Shown here: positions 11,773 through 22,789 of the stretch, in pieces
Position numbering within the stretch: position 1 is the stretch's first letter
Layout of the letters: each line of letters begins with the position of its first letter
Notes under the pieces: model-generated
What the model was told of the DNA's origin: nothing
What the model saw: the letters and a program-made list of their open reading frames with translations, nothing else
The model's database searches: none
Translations under genes and position numbers: made by a program
Origin: a virus
Lineage: Duplodnaviria > Caudoviricetes
IMG/VR virus record: IMGVR_UViG_3300028833_000053
DNA length: 64,000 bases
Direction: 5' to 3' (one strand)

Positions 11773-13644
11773 TCAGAGGTCATCGTCCTCAAGTTCGGAG
11801 TCAGGAAGGTCAATTTCCTGGTTTTCATCGTTGGAAGTATCGTAAATGTCCTAGATGCTCAATCCAAAGGTGACATTGTATGTTCCACCACATTGATCGC
11901 AGTAGAAACTTGCGTCAAATGTTCCACCCTCCTTGCAGTCGCCTTTCAATATGTCAAGGTCATCAACGGTGCATCCCGTAAACCCGCATCTGGGGCAGGT
12001 GTGCGCCTTGTCGGCTTTATGACTTTCCCTGAACTTCTTGGTGGATTCATCATATTCATCATCACCTGAAAAGTCTGTGGCGTTGTAGGAGCCGAATTCC
12101 TCAAGGTAGTCCATGAAGGATTTTGGATTTGTCTCAATCCACTCGCGGATTTGTTCATCGGAAGGCTCTTCATATGGTTCAAGACCAAGTTCCTATTCAA
12201 GAAGAGGATATTGCCTGCAGTCCTTCTTGACAATATAGTAAACGTCATCCCAAGACATTTCAACATCAAGTGGTTCAACATACACGGTTGTACCCCAATC
12301 CTGTATTCCAGGCGCAATGTCCTTTATGGATTCCTTGAACATCAGGATTTTCCCCTTGTTTGTTTTATACATGTTTCCACTTTCTGAAACATATTTCAGT
12401 TTTCCGTATTTCTTCGTGAAGTACCTGGACTTCTCAAATCTTTCCTTTGTCACGTTTATCTTCTTCATAGATTCGTTGAATTCGTTCCTGTTTTTGGCAC
12501 GTATGGTTTCCAGGCATTCCGGTTCGCCGTAGATGTCTCCATTTGGCATTTCATATTCGCCACCCATAATGCTTACAGAAACTGGTTTGTCCTCAATGGC
12601 TGAATATTCATCGTATGCTTTTTTGCCATCTTCAACCGCATCGTCAAATGAATAGTAGATCTTTGCGTATTTCATTTCATCAACCACTTCGTATTCCCCG
12701 TATTCGTCCATACGTTCAATTTGCAGCGTGAACACTTCCTTCTTTTCGTTTTTCATTTCTTTATGTCCTCTTGTAGGGCTTTCAATCGTATTTTCGGAAA
12801 CGGGCGTTGCCTTTGGCTTCATGTATTCGCCATCAACCTGGTCGGTCTATGGCATGTCTCCGCGTCCATGTGCGTTTGGCGTTGGCCGAGCCTCGTCCCT
12901 CATCACCAACACGTTGTTCCACAGATAGTTGATGGGTTCTTCCTCAATGTACTTGGCAAAGGTGTTTTGTGCATCTTCACTCATCGTGGACTAGCACCAT
13001 TTCTTGAACGCCCCCTCGTCAATCGTGTAGAGGTTGTATTCTGAATCCACCGTAGCCTGTGGCAACTCTCCACCATCCTTCGCTATGAACAACTGCATCT
13101 GCACCAGCTTCAAAACATCGTCCGCGCTTTTGAACATATCGGACTTTATCACGCGCGCAATCATCTTCGCGTCGGGGTTCAAGCAGTAGATTTGGCTCCA
13201 TCTGTGGTGGCCGTCAATGATGTAGCTTACCCCATCAACTTCAGCGACAACAAGTGGCGTGTCCTTGATTATGACGGGCTTTCCAGAGAACGCCATGTCA
13301 ATCATTTCCGGACGCTTCTCCAATGGGAACGCCAGGGACTTTTCCATGTCAACCTCGAACTGGGTTGGATGGATGTTGCGTATGTCCATTTCCGTTGCGT
13401 TGGAGAATTGCACGGAAACGCCGTCGGGACTGTTGAACTTGTCAATGATTGCATCGCGCAAGTTCGCCACTTTCTAATCCGTAGCCAGTGTGTTCAAGTC
13501 GTCTATGAACGCCTCGTAGTTGTCATCCTGCAACGCCACCATCGCGTTGTGGAAATCGCGTTCCGTGTCGCCGGTTGGCTCTATTTCATTTATGCGCTTT
13601 CCACCAAAATCCGTTTTACGTTTCTCTTTCAATATCACTTTCAT
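11773..13644 (-). CDS. Modular protein (623 aa, code 15): ParB/Srx-like N-terminal domain, repeated KKxNxTKE module, C-terminal Zn ribbon
   Basis: TAGs at 13474, 12991, 12847, 12193 and 11851 join three track ORFs; HPTQ...IIDGHHRW...RGDMP(TAG)TD; CPRCG...CDQCGG; TGA at 11773. Confidence 0.7.
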
Positions 13645-13656
13645 CTTAAAGTATCC

Positions 13657-14673
13657 TTATGCGAAGAACACCTCTTGCCCAAACGAGGTTTCCGCTCTCA
13701 AATTTTCCACTATCTTGTCAAGTTCCTGTTGCCCCTCGTCTCCAATCTTCGCCGAGACGTTTCCTCCACCAGGCAACGTGATTCCTTCGTACTTTCCACG
13801 AATCTGCCCCAACATTATCTTGCAGTATGCCAATGTCAGTTTCTTCACATGCTCGTTGCAGTACAGTTCATCAAGCGGTGGTTCAATTTCAGCCTCAATC
13901 ACCATTGGAACGCCCCATCTTGGGTCCGGTCTACCGTGTAACTCCGGATACGGCCATAGTTCCGAATGGTATGGTGGCGGCAAGTTGCCGCATCCCCTTG
14001 GCTCCGGTATCAACACAAGGCGTTTCGCCACTTTGTTGTATTGCCAATCTGGGTTCGTGGAAAGAACGCGCTGTGCCATCTTCTTGAATTCAACGAAATT
14101 GTGGTACGTTATGAAGGAACCAGCAAGGTTGCCGCTTCCGAAGTTGCCCGTTGAAGTTCTGTTTATCATCCAAGGAAGCACAACGCCCCAACCGGAAAAA
14201 TCCCAACCATACTGCACGTCATACACTTGCACAACGTTTTCCCTTGACAAGTCTATGCCCACGGCGGGAACGTATTCCCTTGAGGACTTCAACAGATACT
14301 TCTTTGGGAACGAGGCGTACTTGGTGTACATGTTCAAGGCGTTTTGTATTGCCGCGTCATAGTGGTTCTCACGAAGTTCAATGGTCACAAGGGGATAGCC
14401 CATCATCGTCATAACGTAGTCAATCAACTCGCGCTTGCTCTTTATAGCTGGATGAAGGAACGTGGAGTCGGGATCAACATGGACTTCCTCGTACTTGGGA
14501 TAGTCTTTCAACGGTGTTTCTTGTTCCGTCTTGAGATACGTTATGTGTTCCGCTTCCCTTGCTTCGTGGATTTCCTTGTGCGTGGCATCACTTACGTCCG
14601 GCTTGATTTGCAATATGCGGTTCAAGCCAGCCACATTCAGTTCGGGAAGTTTGTCTGTTGTCGTTATTTTCAT
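13657..14673 (-). CDS. Neck protein (T4 gp13-like)
   Basis: KRELIDYVMTMMGYPLVTIEL...AIQNAL and VKKLTLAYCKIMLGQIRGKYEGITLPGGG, typical of gp13 homologs. Confidence 0.8.
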   Translation of the reverse strand: MKITTTDKLPELNVAGLNRILQIKPDVSDATHKEIHEAREAEHITYLKTEQETPLKDYPKYEEVHVDPDSTFLHPAIKSKRELIDYVMTMMGYPLVTIELRENHYDAAIQNALNMYTKYASFPKKYLLKSSREYVPAVGIDLSRENVVQVYDVQYGWDFSGWGVVLPWMINRTSTGNFGSGNLAGSFITYHNFVEFKKMAQRVLSTNPDWQYNKVAKRLVLIPEPRGCGNLPPPYHSELWPYPELHGRPDPRWGVPMVIEAEIEPPLDELYCNEHVKKLTLAYCKIMLGQIRGKYEGITLPGGGNVSAKIGDEGQQELDKIVENLRAETSFGQEVFFA

Positions 14674-14674
14674 C

Positions 14675-15106
14675 TTAAATTTCCAGCTTTATGGAGTAGA
14701 TGCCAAGGTCAGCGCATTTGGTGAAATCCAATATCTTCACGGGGACTTCCTTTCCAAACTGGCTTCCAACCAGGGTTGCCGCATCCCCTTTGTGGAACTG
14801 TTGGACGTATTTCTTCTTTGGCTTGCGTTCACCACTTCCTGAATTCAAGGAACCTGCAACTGCGGCAGCAACCGCCGCGACATTCTCAAACATCTTTTCT
14901 TTCAGGTATATGTCGCAAGTTTGGTTCTTCTTGATGTAATCGTGTATGTATCCAACTTCCTCACGTCCATCGTCGCCAACCAACTTCACTTCCGGCAAGT
15001 CGCCGAAAGCGTCCTTTATCTTCTTCCATCCCGATTTGAGTGAGTCCATGAAAGATTCGTTGTGGATTCTGCGCCACTTTATCCTATGTTGAATATGCGT
15101 TGCCAT
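14675..15106 (-). CDS. Hypothetical late protein with two small SH3-like modules
   Basis: Late promoters at 15130 and 15185; leader IKWRRIHNES; resembles the C-terminal module of the 5087 protein. Confidence 0.6.
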   Translation of the reverse strand: MATHIQHRIKWRRIHNESFMDSLKSGWKKIKDAFGDLPEVKLVGDDGREEVGYIHDYIKKNQTCDIYLKEKMFENVAAVAAAVAGSLNSGSGERKPKKKYVQQFHKGDAATLVGSQFGKEVPVKILDFTKCADLGIYSIKLEI

Positions 15107-15337
15107 TTTGGATTTCCTTTACTAACTGGTATTTACAAACAACGCACGTTATTTCCACATCTGAAAAATTCACCAGTTCAAAAGTATTTACCATTGGGGT
15201 ATAAAATTTTTACAGGGTGGTTCGGATTTGGGGTTCTTCCGTGTAAATAATATTGAACCATGGATTTTGGATAGGCTATCCGAAATGAACATGGATAAAA
15301 ACAACACAACAAACAAAACAAAGAGGTTATAACTACA

Positions 15338-18300
15338 ATGGGAAATAGAACAATCAAAGCCCCAGGTGTAGAGATTATCGAGCACGACCTATCTGGTTAC
15401 ACAACCACCAACTTGGGTACGGGCTGCCTTATCACTGGTTTTGCGCAGAAGGGTGAAGACCTGGTTCCGATGAAGATTACGAATCGTTCCAGCTGGCTTC
15501 TCAACTTCGGCGCTCCTACCAACGAGGCCGAGGAATATTTCTACAACGCTGGTATGGAAGTTCTGAATCAGGGCGGATTCCTTTGGGCCGCGAAGATTCC
15601 TTATTCCAATGACATCGCGGGCATTTATGCCGCTGCGAAGTTCAAGGTTTCGGGCAATTATGGCTTGTATCGCAAGAGCAAGGAAAGTGGCAAGTACATT
15701 GAAGATGAATTGGATGCAGATGGAAATGAAATTGCCGCAGGAGGAGAGGATGACACTCTGGTTGCCGCCTACGCCGTTGATGGCTCACTTGGACGTTTCT
15801 GCAGGAACTACCGTTCTCTCAAGGAACTTGGCATCAACCACCTTCAGCTTATTGCTCCAGCTGGAAACGAATTCATTTCCAATGATTTGGTTGAGGAATA
15901 TGAGACTGGCGAATCCGAGCCGGGTTCAAATACAATCTATTTGGTTGACAAGACCAGGGCAATCTACACAAGAACCACGGAAATTTCTGACAAGCAGGAC
16001 AACCGCGACTCACGTTATTGCATTGGCATTGTGCCTGTGTTGACAACTCTTTGCAACACCGCGTATTTCCAAAGCAAGTCCACTGGGGTTGTGGCCGACG
16101 TTCCAGAGTTGTATCAGCCCGTGCGTTCGCTCAAGACCATCACGTTCCCTGCAGGCGCCGCTTCCGATGCTGAATATCAGCCAACGAAGTTCACGAAGGA
16201 CGATCTTCACACGCCTTTGATGAAGGAAGCCAACGTGTTTGAGACTTCCCTTTCCGAAAGGGCGGCTATGATTGGTCAAAGCTGCCTGGTGAACGGCAAC
16301 CTCGTTGATGGCAAGTTCAAGCCTTATGTTTGCAATGACGTTTGCGTTGTTGTGTTCAAGGCTTTTGTCTCCACTGAGGATGGCAAGATTGAGTTTGAGC
16401 CCGTTGAGACGTTCGTTGGTTCTCTTGATCCAAAGGGGCGCAACGAGAAGGGCTTGACGACGTTCATCGACACCATCATCAACAACAACTCCGAGTACAT
16501 CTACTGCTTCTCCAACCTTGAGAATCCAGAGAAGGTGTTGAACCCAGATCACGGTTTTGTGGTTGGTTCCGACAGCGAGTATGGTGAAATCGAGGGGGAT
16601 TTGAAAGATACCGACGAGTATATGGCCGCAACTGAATTTTCAGCATATGCAGCTCAAATGCTCGGCTTCGATCCCGATCAAGAAAGTGAAGAAGGGATTG
16701 CTTCTGCATTGAAAAAATATTACAATCAGGATGCCAAGGCTCAGGTTTGCGTACTAGATGAATTGGTAATGGGAGGTAACAAGAATCCAACTTGGATTGC
16801 AAAGCATTTGTGTCCATATGACACTAATACTACGGACACCCAGGAATACGGTAACTATTCATCAGCAATGAACCTTCTTGATACAAACGATGTAACGAAG
16901 AAGTGTATGACTGGGTATATGCACATTCCAGAAAAGTTCATTGTTCAGGAACCCACGATTTCCTATACAATCACACCGAAGGATGACAAGACCTCTACCG
17001 CAGAGGTGAAGGGAGATATTGGAATTGTTATTACACGCAAGGATGACATTACGGATGATGATAAGAAGTATCTTATCGAGTCCTATAAATATTCCTTGAA
17101 CATAGGTGTGCCAACTGACGACGAGGATAAATATCGCCTTAATTGCATTGAGGGAATGGACTTGGGTTCATTGAATATTTTGAATTCAACTGACTATATA
17201 CGTGCCATTCTTAACTTTGAGGAATTGATTGACTTGAAGGACTTGAGCAAGGAAATTGATCCAAGTGGCACTCCTGCAACCGAAGTTACTACGGTAATGA
17301 AGAAAAAGGCAATCCAAGCTCTCATTCTCAGTTCCATAGAGAAGAGTGGAAGGTTCAAGATTCGTTTGCGCAATCTTAAGAAGTCAAAGATAAACCTTGA
17401 CAAACTTGAGGAAAAGTTTAAGAATTATTGGACGAATTATACTGATAATGATAAACGAGAGGCTAGTGATGAAGCAAAGTACATCAAGGACTTGTACAAT
17501 TCCTACTTCGAGACTGGACTTCTTTCCGGAATCTTCTTCGTGCATGATAACACAAACGAGAAGAAGACGCGCGGTGCGTTCCTTGAGAAGGATGCCTTGG
17601 AGAAGAAGTTGGATGATATTGTGAACGTCACTTCCCGTGATGGTGAAGGGGGAGAAGGTGGAGAAGGTGAAGGCTCCAAGGAGGGTGAACCAACCAAGGA
17701 TGGTGAACTCACCAATGAAACCTGCTACAGGTACTTGAAGCTCAAGGCATATCTCAACTCAGTGTACTACAAGAACGAAGCATCAATGCTTGAGGCACTT
17801 GCCAAGATCCTGGAAGATTGCGCCTATGCCCAGAAGCGTTATGTTGAGTCCCAGAGGAACATCGACGACTCCAACATCATGCTTGGTTTCTATCCTGAAA
17901 TGGCTGAGCCAATCATCACCTACACCACAATCGCGCAGTCCTTGAACAAGATATTCGACACCATGTCGGACATCCACACTTCTGACATTGACGTGGTTTG
18001 CGACGCCGGTATCTCCAATATTGCGCAGTTCGTGAAGCAGGTCTATGACCCAAGCGCGGACGATGGCGAGGATGTTGGTGGTCTCTACAACCCAGTCAAG
18101 TACAGCTCGTACTTCAAGTTCAACAAGAACACGGACTTGGCGTATTGGAAGACCATCATCTACAAGTACGATACCTTCTGCAAGTTCCGCGGCGACTGCA
18201 TGTTCTGCGCCGACGGTCCTCGTGGAATGGTCTTGATTGGAAACAAGCAGGTGGTGCGCAAGACCAAGAAGGACACTTCCGTTGACCTCAACATCTTGCC

Positions 18301-18967
18301 ATACTTGAGCAAGATTGCCGGCATCAACACGTCCTATGGCGCGGGCTACCTCAACTGGTACCGCACGATTTCCGACTACACCGGAGACACGTTGTGGGTG
18401 CCGCCGTCCATCAAGGCTATGGGTACTTACATCCTCACGGACAAGCAGTACAACTGGTGGGATGCTCCCGCAGGTATGCGCCGCGGCGTTATCAACATGG
18501 TGGAAACCTCCTTCAACCCAACAAGGTTGCAGGCTGGTGAAATCTACGATGTGAACTGGAACTACGCCATCCACTACATCAACGATGGTATCATCCAGGA
18601 AGGTCAAAAGACGTTCCAGACGAGGCAGAGTGCGCTTGACCGCGTCAACGTGCGCCGTCTCATCGGACGTATCAAGAGGTATGTGTACTTCGCGTCCCGC
18701 CAGTTCCTCTACGAGGCACATACAAAGGCAATGCGCGAGAAGTACGTCAAGACCCTTGAGCCGTTCTTCCAGGATTTGGTCAACCGAGGTGGTCTTTACG
18801 ACTTCAAGATCATCTGCGATGCGACCAACAACACGCCCGAGGTCATTGACCGCAACGAGCTCCGCGTCAAGATTGGCATCAAGCCCGTCAAGACCATCGA
18901 GTTCATCATCATCGACCTCTGCGTCCTCAACACGGGCGCAAGCTGGACGGAAATGGATGCCGTCTGA
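15338..18967 (+). CDS. Tail sheath protein (T4 gp18-like) with a large central insertion
   Basis: IKAPGVEIIEHDLS N-terminus; C-terminal WVPPS...WWDAPAGMRRG...GQKT...SALDRVNVRRL...CDATNNTPEVIDRNEL...KPVKTIEFI. Confidence 0.93.
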   Translation: MGNRTIKAPGVEIIEHDLSGYTTTNLGTGCLITGFAQKGEDLVPMKITNRSSWLLNFGAPTNEAEEYFYNAGMEVLNQGGFLWAAKIPYSNDIAGIYAAAKFKVSGNYGLYRKSKESGKYIEDELDADGNEIAAGGEDDTLVAAYAVDGSLGRFCRNYRSLKELGINHLQLIAPAGNEFISNDLVEEYETGESEPGSNTIYLVDKTRAIYTRTTEISDKQDNRDSRYCIGIVPVLTTLCNTAYFQSKSTGVVADVPELYQPVRSLKTITFPAGAASDAEYQPTKFTKDDLHTPLMKEANVFETSLSERAAMIGQSCLVNGNLVDGKFKPYVCNDVCVVVFKAFVSTEDGKIEFEPVETFVGSLDPKGRNEKGLTTFIDTIINNNSEYIYCFSNLENPEKVLNPDHGFVVGSDSEYGEIEGDLKDTDEYMAATEFSAYAAQMLGFDPDQESEEGIASALKKYYNQDAKAQVCVLDELVMGGNKNPTWIAKHLCPYDTNTTDTQEYGNYSSAMNLLDTNDVTKKCMTGYMHIPEKFIVQEPTISYTITPKDDKTSTAEVKGDIGIVITRKDDITDDDKKYLIESYKYSLNIGVPTDDEDKYRLNCIEGMDLGSLNILNSTDYIRAILNFEELIDLKDLSKEIDPSGTPATEVTTVMKKKAIQALILSSIEKSGRFKIRLRNLKKSKINLDKLEEKFKNYWTNYTDNDKREASDEAKYIKDLYNSYFETGLLSGIFFVHDNTNEKKTRGAFLEKDALEKKLDDIVNVTSRDGEGGEGGEGEGSKEGEPTKDGELTNETCYRYLKLKAYLNSVYYKNEASMLEALAKILEDCAYAQKRYVESQRNIDDSNIMLGFYPEMAEPIITYTTIAQSLNKIFDTMSDIHTSDIDVVCDAGISNIAQFVKQVYDPSADDGEDVGGLYNPVKYSSYFKFNKNTDLAYWKTIIYKYDTFCKFRGDCMFCADGPRGMVLIGNKQVVRKTKKDTSVDLNILPYLSKIAGINTSYGAGYLNWYRTISDYTGDTLWVPPSIKAMGTYILTDKQYNWWDAPAGMRRGVINMVETSFNPTRLQAGEIYDVNWNYAIHYINDGIIQEGQKTFQTRQSALDRVNVRRLIGRIKRYVYFASRQFLYEAHTKAMREKYVKTLEPFFQDLVNRGGLYDFKIICDATNNTPEVIDRNELRVKIGIKPVKTIEFIIIDLCVLNTGASWTEMDAV

Positions 18968-18990
18968 TAATCATTCGGAAATCCATAATG

Positions 18991-19026
18991 AAACAAGGTC
19001 GTTCCTTCGGGAACGACCTTTGTTTT
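18991..19026. terminator. Intrinsic terminator with UUCG tetraloop
   Basis: AAGGTCGTTCC-TTCG-GGAACGACCTT-TGTTTT. Confidence 0.85.
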
Positions 19027-19044
19027 ACTCTGTGAGAAGGGTTT

Positions 19045-19398
19045 TTACCTCTGAATCACTTTGTTCGTCACGCAGTTGATATAGGTGTCTGTCAATTCAA
19101 TGCCAATCTGAGCAAATTGGATGTCCTGGTTCTGGTCAACAACGAACACCATCTTCCTGTTGAGACATGGACATTTGGGCGAATGCGTCAATCCGCTTCT
19201 ATGTGTTCCCGTCATGATGAGATATTCATGCCCGTCAACTTCAATGTATCTGAAGTACCATTCGCCATTACCATTTCCAAGGCGTATATGGAATTCGTTA
19301 TGGTCGTCTTTTTCAGCCATGAGGTTTCCTTCCGCGTTCCTTGGGGATTCCGAGCATCCAATGAGGAGGCATAGTCCAATTGCAAGCAGTTTCCTCAT
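19045..19398 (-). CDS. Putative lipoprotein
   Basis: MRKLLAIGLCLLIGC lipobox-like leader; GGAGG RBS upstream; VDGHEY...THSPKCPC. Confidence 0.6.
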   Translation of the reverse strand: MRKLLAIGLCLLIGCSESPRNAEGNLMAEKDDHNEFHIRLGNGNGEWYFRYIEVDGHEYLIMTGTHRSGLTHSPKCPCLNRKMVFVVDQNQDIQFAQIGIELTDTYINCVTNKVIQR

Positions 19399-19399
19399 G

Positions 19400-20224
19400 T
19401 CAATCCTCCTTGTATTCAGGTTCAGGCATGTAGAACATGTCCTTGCCAAGGAACTGGTCAGGTCCGCGGCGCTTGAATTCCGTTGCCTCCATGCGATTCT
19501 GGATTTTCTCATAAGTTCCATCATTGGGGAAGTCCGCCTCGCCATTGGGAAGATAGGGGGCGCGGATGCAGCGGTCAAGCCAATCGTAGCTGAACCCAAT
19601 CTTGTCCTCGTCCGTCTTTCCAGTCAAACCATCCGACGGAACCTTCTCCACAAGGTCTTTCGGAATCTCGTCCATCGTCAAGCCAATGGCAACCACCTCG
19701 TTCTTTGTGAGGTTGATGAGTGGCTTCATGTCGCCGCATTCGTCTCCCCAGCGCGTGAAGTAGCCGGTAAGGCATTCCGAGAGGTTGCTGGTGTTGATGA
19801 CACGTCCGCCAACCGTCTGACTGACAGCATAGAGCGTTGTCATGCGCAGACGTGGCGCGATGTTGATTGTGGTCTGTTCCGACAACTGCGTGTAGTTGTA
19901 CCAGCCCTTTAACGCCCAGAGAACGTTGTTGGCAACGCCCTGGTATGCGTCATTGATGTTGACGGTGATGTTCTGGATTCCAAGTGCCTCGCAGACCTTG
20001 AACGAATCGTCAATGTCTTTCTGCTCCCCATTCGGCATGAGAACGCCAAGAACGCGCTCCTTGCCAATTGCCCTTGCGCAAAGCGCGGCAACAATCGTGG
20101 AGTCCTTTCCTCCCGAAATGCCAATCACCGCCCTGCTTGTCGGACCGTTCTTCTCAAACCAGTCCTTAATCCATTGAACCAGATTGTCCCTGGTCTTTTC
20201 TGCATTGAAGTAATTCATGTTCAT
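19400..20224 (-). CDS. nadE: NH3-dependent NAD+ synthetase
   Basis: ISGGKDS, NIAPRLRMTTLY, NTSNLSE, GYFTRWGD, PSDGL...TDED; no glutaminase domain. Confidence 0.93.
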   Translation of the reverse strand: MNMNYFNAEKTRDNLVQWIKDWFEKNGPTSRAVIGISGGKDSTIVAALCARAIGKERVLGVLMPNGEQKDIDDSFKVCEALGIQNITVNINDAYQGVANNVLWALKGWYNYTQLSEQTTINIAPRLRMTTLYAVSQTVGGRVINTSNLSECLTGYFTRWGDECGDMKPLINLTKNEVVAIGLTMDEIPKDLVEKVPSDGLTGKTDEDKIGFSYDWLDRCIRAPYLPNGEADFPNDGTYEKIQNRMEATEFKRRGPDQFLGKDMFYMPEPEYKED

Positions 20225-20225
20225 T

Positions 20226-21263
20226 TTAGTTTGTCTCCTTTGTCCAATTTGTTTTCCACTTTCTGTCCTGGTTTGGAAATGGGCTACTGCCACGTTCAAT
20301 CCAGGTTTCAACTTTCAATTCATATCCTCTTTTAACCATTGACACAACGAAGTCAATTTCATTCATGATTCCGTATGCCAATCCATTTGCCAATTCCTGT
20401 TCAACATCCATTTTTCAGATTTCCTTTGTATGCACGATGAACTGGAACACCTCTCCGATGTGTTTGAAATACTTGTCCCGGTTGTCAGGATTGTCGTTGC
20501 GGTACGTTGTGAAGGGAATTTCCTTGTCCCCAAGGAACACCAACTGGATGTAGTCGGTGTTGGGCTTGAACTCCCAAAGTCCGTCCGTGTCGTACTGGTA
20601 CGCCTCATCCGGGAACTTCTCCCCAACGTGGAAGATTGTGGCGTAGCACAGGAACCCGCTTCTCTGCCCGCGCAATTTGCTGTAGTCATGGTTGAACATC
20701 ACTATGTGGTCGCTATTCATTTCAGTTTCTCCTCGTCTTTTTTGGATTTCATTCCGATTTGCTTTTAGAATTGCATCACATATTATCTCGCCAATATCAA
20801 TGCCATATCTCTCCTCAAAATATTCATCAAGTTCGGTTGACCAAACTGACTCCAATTTGTTTTCCATTTCAGCTTCTCCCTCTTTTTGTCGGTGGTCGTT
20901 CCATTTTCCTTCCACATCCAGGGCAATACCTGTACTTCTCGTGAAAGGTCTTGATTTTCTCCTTCGCCTCGTTGGTGGAATTCCAATCCGTGTACTCGTT
21001 GAATCCGCAATTTGAGCAGGTGGCATACTCGTATTCAATGGACTCCCAATGCGCTATTGGGGTATAGTTGTCGTTGTCCATTTCAGTTTCCTCAGTTATG
21101 GGAGAATTATTGAGTCGCTTGCGTCAGCAATCTCATCTTTGTCCAGCCACAGACCAACACGCACTTTCATATGACCGTCCCCTTCAGGGTCGCACATGAC
21201 GCTGAGACTTGCATGTTGCCTCAGGTATTCCTTGATGGTGTTTTCAAGTTCTTCCTTTTCCAT
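20226..21263 (-). CDS. Run of four to five small hypothetical ORFs (includes a Zn-ribbon ORF at 20869..21081)
   Basis: Closely packed short ORFs between the Nampt-like gene and nadE; CSNCG...CPGCG. Confidence 0.5.
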
Positions 21264-21264
21264 T

Positions 21265-22734
21265 TCACACTCCCTTGTTGATTCTGTCCCGAATTTCGGC
21301 GAAGGTGGTCTTGTTGAGCATCACGCCATCCTTGAACACCGTCTTGAGCGCACTTGCGTTTTCGTTGAGCATCTCCGTGTGTTCGTCCGTCTCAAAGAGG
21401 TTGCCATTGCTGTCGTACTTCACCCAGACGATTCCCTTGTGGCTCTTCTTCAGCTTGCCGGTGTCCGTCTTGGGGTCTTTGTAGATGAAGTGGAACTTGC
21501 CATTCGTCACGCCAGCGCAGGCTTTCTCTGCAACGCCAAAGGTGTCCCGCGTGTTCACAATCAGCTTCTCGTTGTCAAAGATACCCGTGAAGCAGAACGC
21601 GCCAACTCCGAAATAGACGTTGTTCGCCGCGTACTCGTTCTCTTCCATCCACTCCCAAATGCGGCGCACCGTGAAGAGGGTGCATCCATCGCCAAGGATG
21701 ATTCGGATGTGGTTGTCAAGGACGCGGTAGCCCTTCTCGTTCCAGTAGCCCCCAAAGGTATTCCAAAGCGAATCCAGGGTTTTCGTCACAACCTCAAACT
21801 GGTCTCCGGAGTCCGGACGCACAAGCAGTGTTCCATTGTGCTGGAGGATTTCGCTCTTGAGTGAGGGGATGATGTTCTCCACCAGGTTCCAGTAGTCATA
21901 GGTGTCCGAAACCATGCTGAACGAGGTGTTGGGATAGATTTCCGTGAGCATCCTCTTGATGAACGTGACTTCATCCCCATCAATGGCGTAGTTGCTTGCC
22001 ATCACGCTGTGTTCGGTGCTCACCGCTCCCATGCCAATCTTGTTGTTGGTCACGTCGGCGTCATAGTATTTGTCGATGTAGGGAAGGGCGGGAACGGTGC
22101 TTGTCTTGTCAAAGCAGGTCAGCCACGATGCGCTGCAACGGACGCTCTCGTTCACGCAGCTCATTCCACGCATACCAAAGTCTGCCATAGCCTTGCGCGG
22201 GTCTCCGTTGTCAACGGTCTTGTCATAGAACTCCTTTGCAAGGTCAAGGTACATCTTGGAAATTGTGGCATGGTTGCATGTCTTCCAGAGTTCCGCCTGA
22301 AGTATGCACTCCACCCATTGCACAAGCCACGCGAAGTTGTCGTGCGTGTTCGTCACCTCAATGCAGGGGATGCCCATGTTCACCGAAGTCCCCTCAGGGA
22401 TTGCGCGAATCTGCAGGGGCAGATAACCAAGCCTGTGAAGGTCAATGATGTTCGTGGTGGCGTAGCCGCCCTGTGGCAGTTGAACCTTCATGTACTTCTC
22501 GTACTCCGCAATCACATCGTTGATTTCGCGGTCAAAGAAGTTCTTCTTGAAGTAGTCCACAAGGAACTCTTGGATGAACGCCTGAAGTCCGAAGAACACC
22601 ATCTTGTCGCAGGTCTTCAACATGGATTTGCGCGGCGTCCAATACGAATACAGCTTGGTAAGTCCCGGCGCGTACTGGAGCGGGTGGCAGAACTTGTAGG
22701 TGTCGGCCAGAAGCATTGCGTTTGTGTCAATCAT
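21265..22734 (-). CDS. Nampt/NadV-family phosphoribosyltransferase (Namat-like); predicted nicotinate-preferring
   Basis: ADTYK, DFGMRG, TEHSVM, VSDTYD, VRPDSGD, ILGDG, RDTFG, KDPKTD...KKS.KG; FDKTST in place of Nampt FxGTDT. Confidence 0.9.
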   Translation of the reverse strand: MIDTNAMLLADTYKFCHPLQYAPGLTKLYSYWTPRKSMLKTCDKMVFFGLQAFIQEFLVDYFKKNFFDREINDVIAEYEKYMKVQLPQGGYATTNIIDLHRLGYLPLQIRAIPEGTSVNMGIPCIEVTNTHDNFAWLVQWVECILQAELWKTCNHATISKMYLDLAKEFYDKTVDNGDPRKAMADFGMRGMSCVNESVRCSASWLTCFDKTSTVPALPYIDKYYDADVTNNKIGMGAVSTEHSVMASNYAIDGDEVTFIKRMLTEIYPNTSFSMVSDTYDYWNLVENIIPSLKSEILQHNGTLLVRPDSGDQFEVVTKTLDSLWNTFGGYWNEKGYRVLDNHIRIILGDGCTLFTVRRIWEWMEENEYAANNVYFGVGAFCFTGIFDNEKLIVNTRDTFGVAEKACAGVTNGKFHFIYKDPKTDTGKLKKSHKGIVWVKYDSNGNLFETDEHTEMLNENASALKTVFKDGVMLNKTTFAEIRDRINKGV

Positions 22735-22789
22735 TGTCTTTTTCTCTCTTTGCTTTTTTGAATGTATGATTTTTACTCACAACAGGAAC

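Noticed and set aside
16560-17860. Intein in the tail sheath or in PolB
   Set aside because: No C/S...HN-C/S/T splice junction or LAGLIDADG motifs seen.
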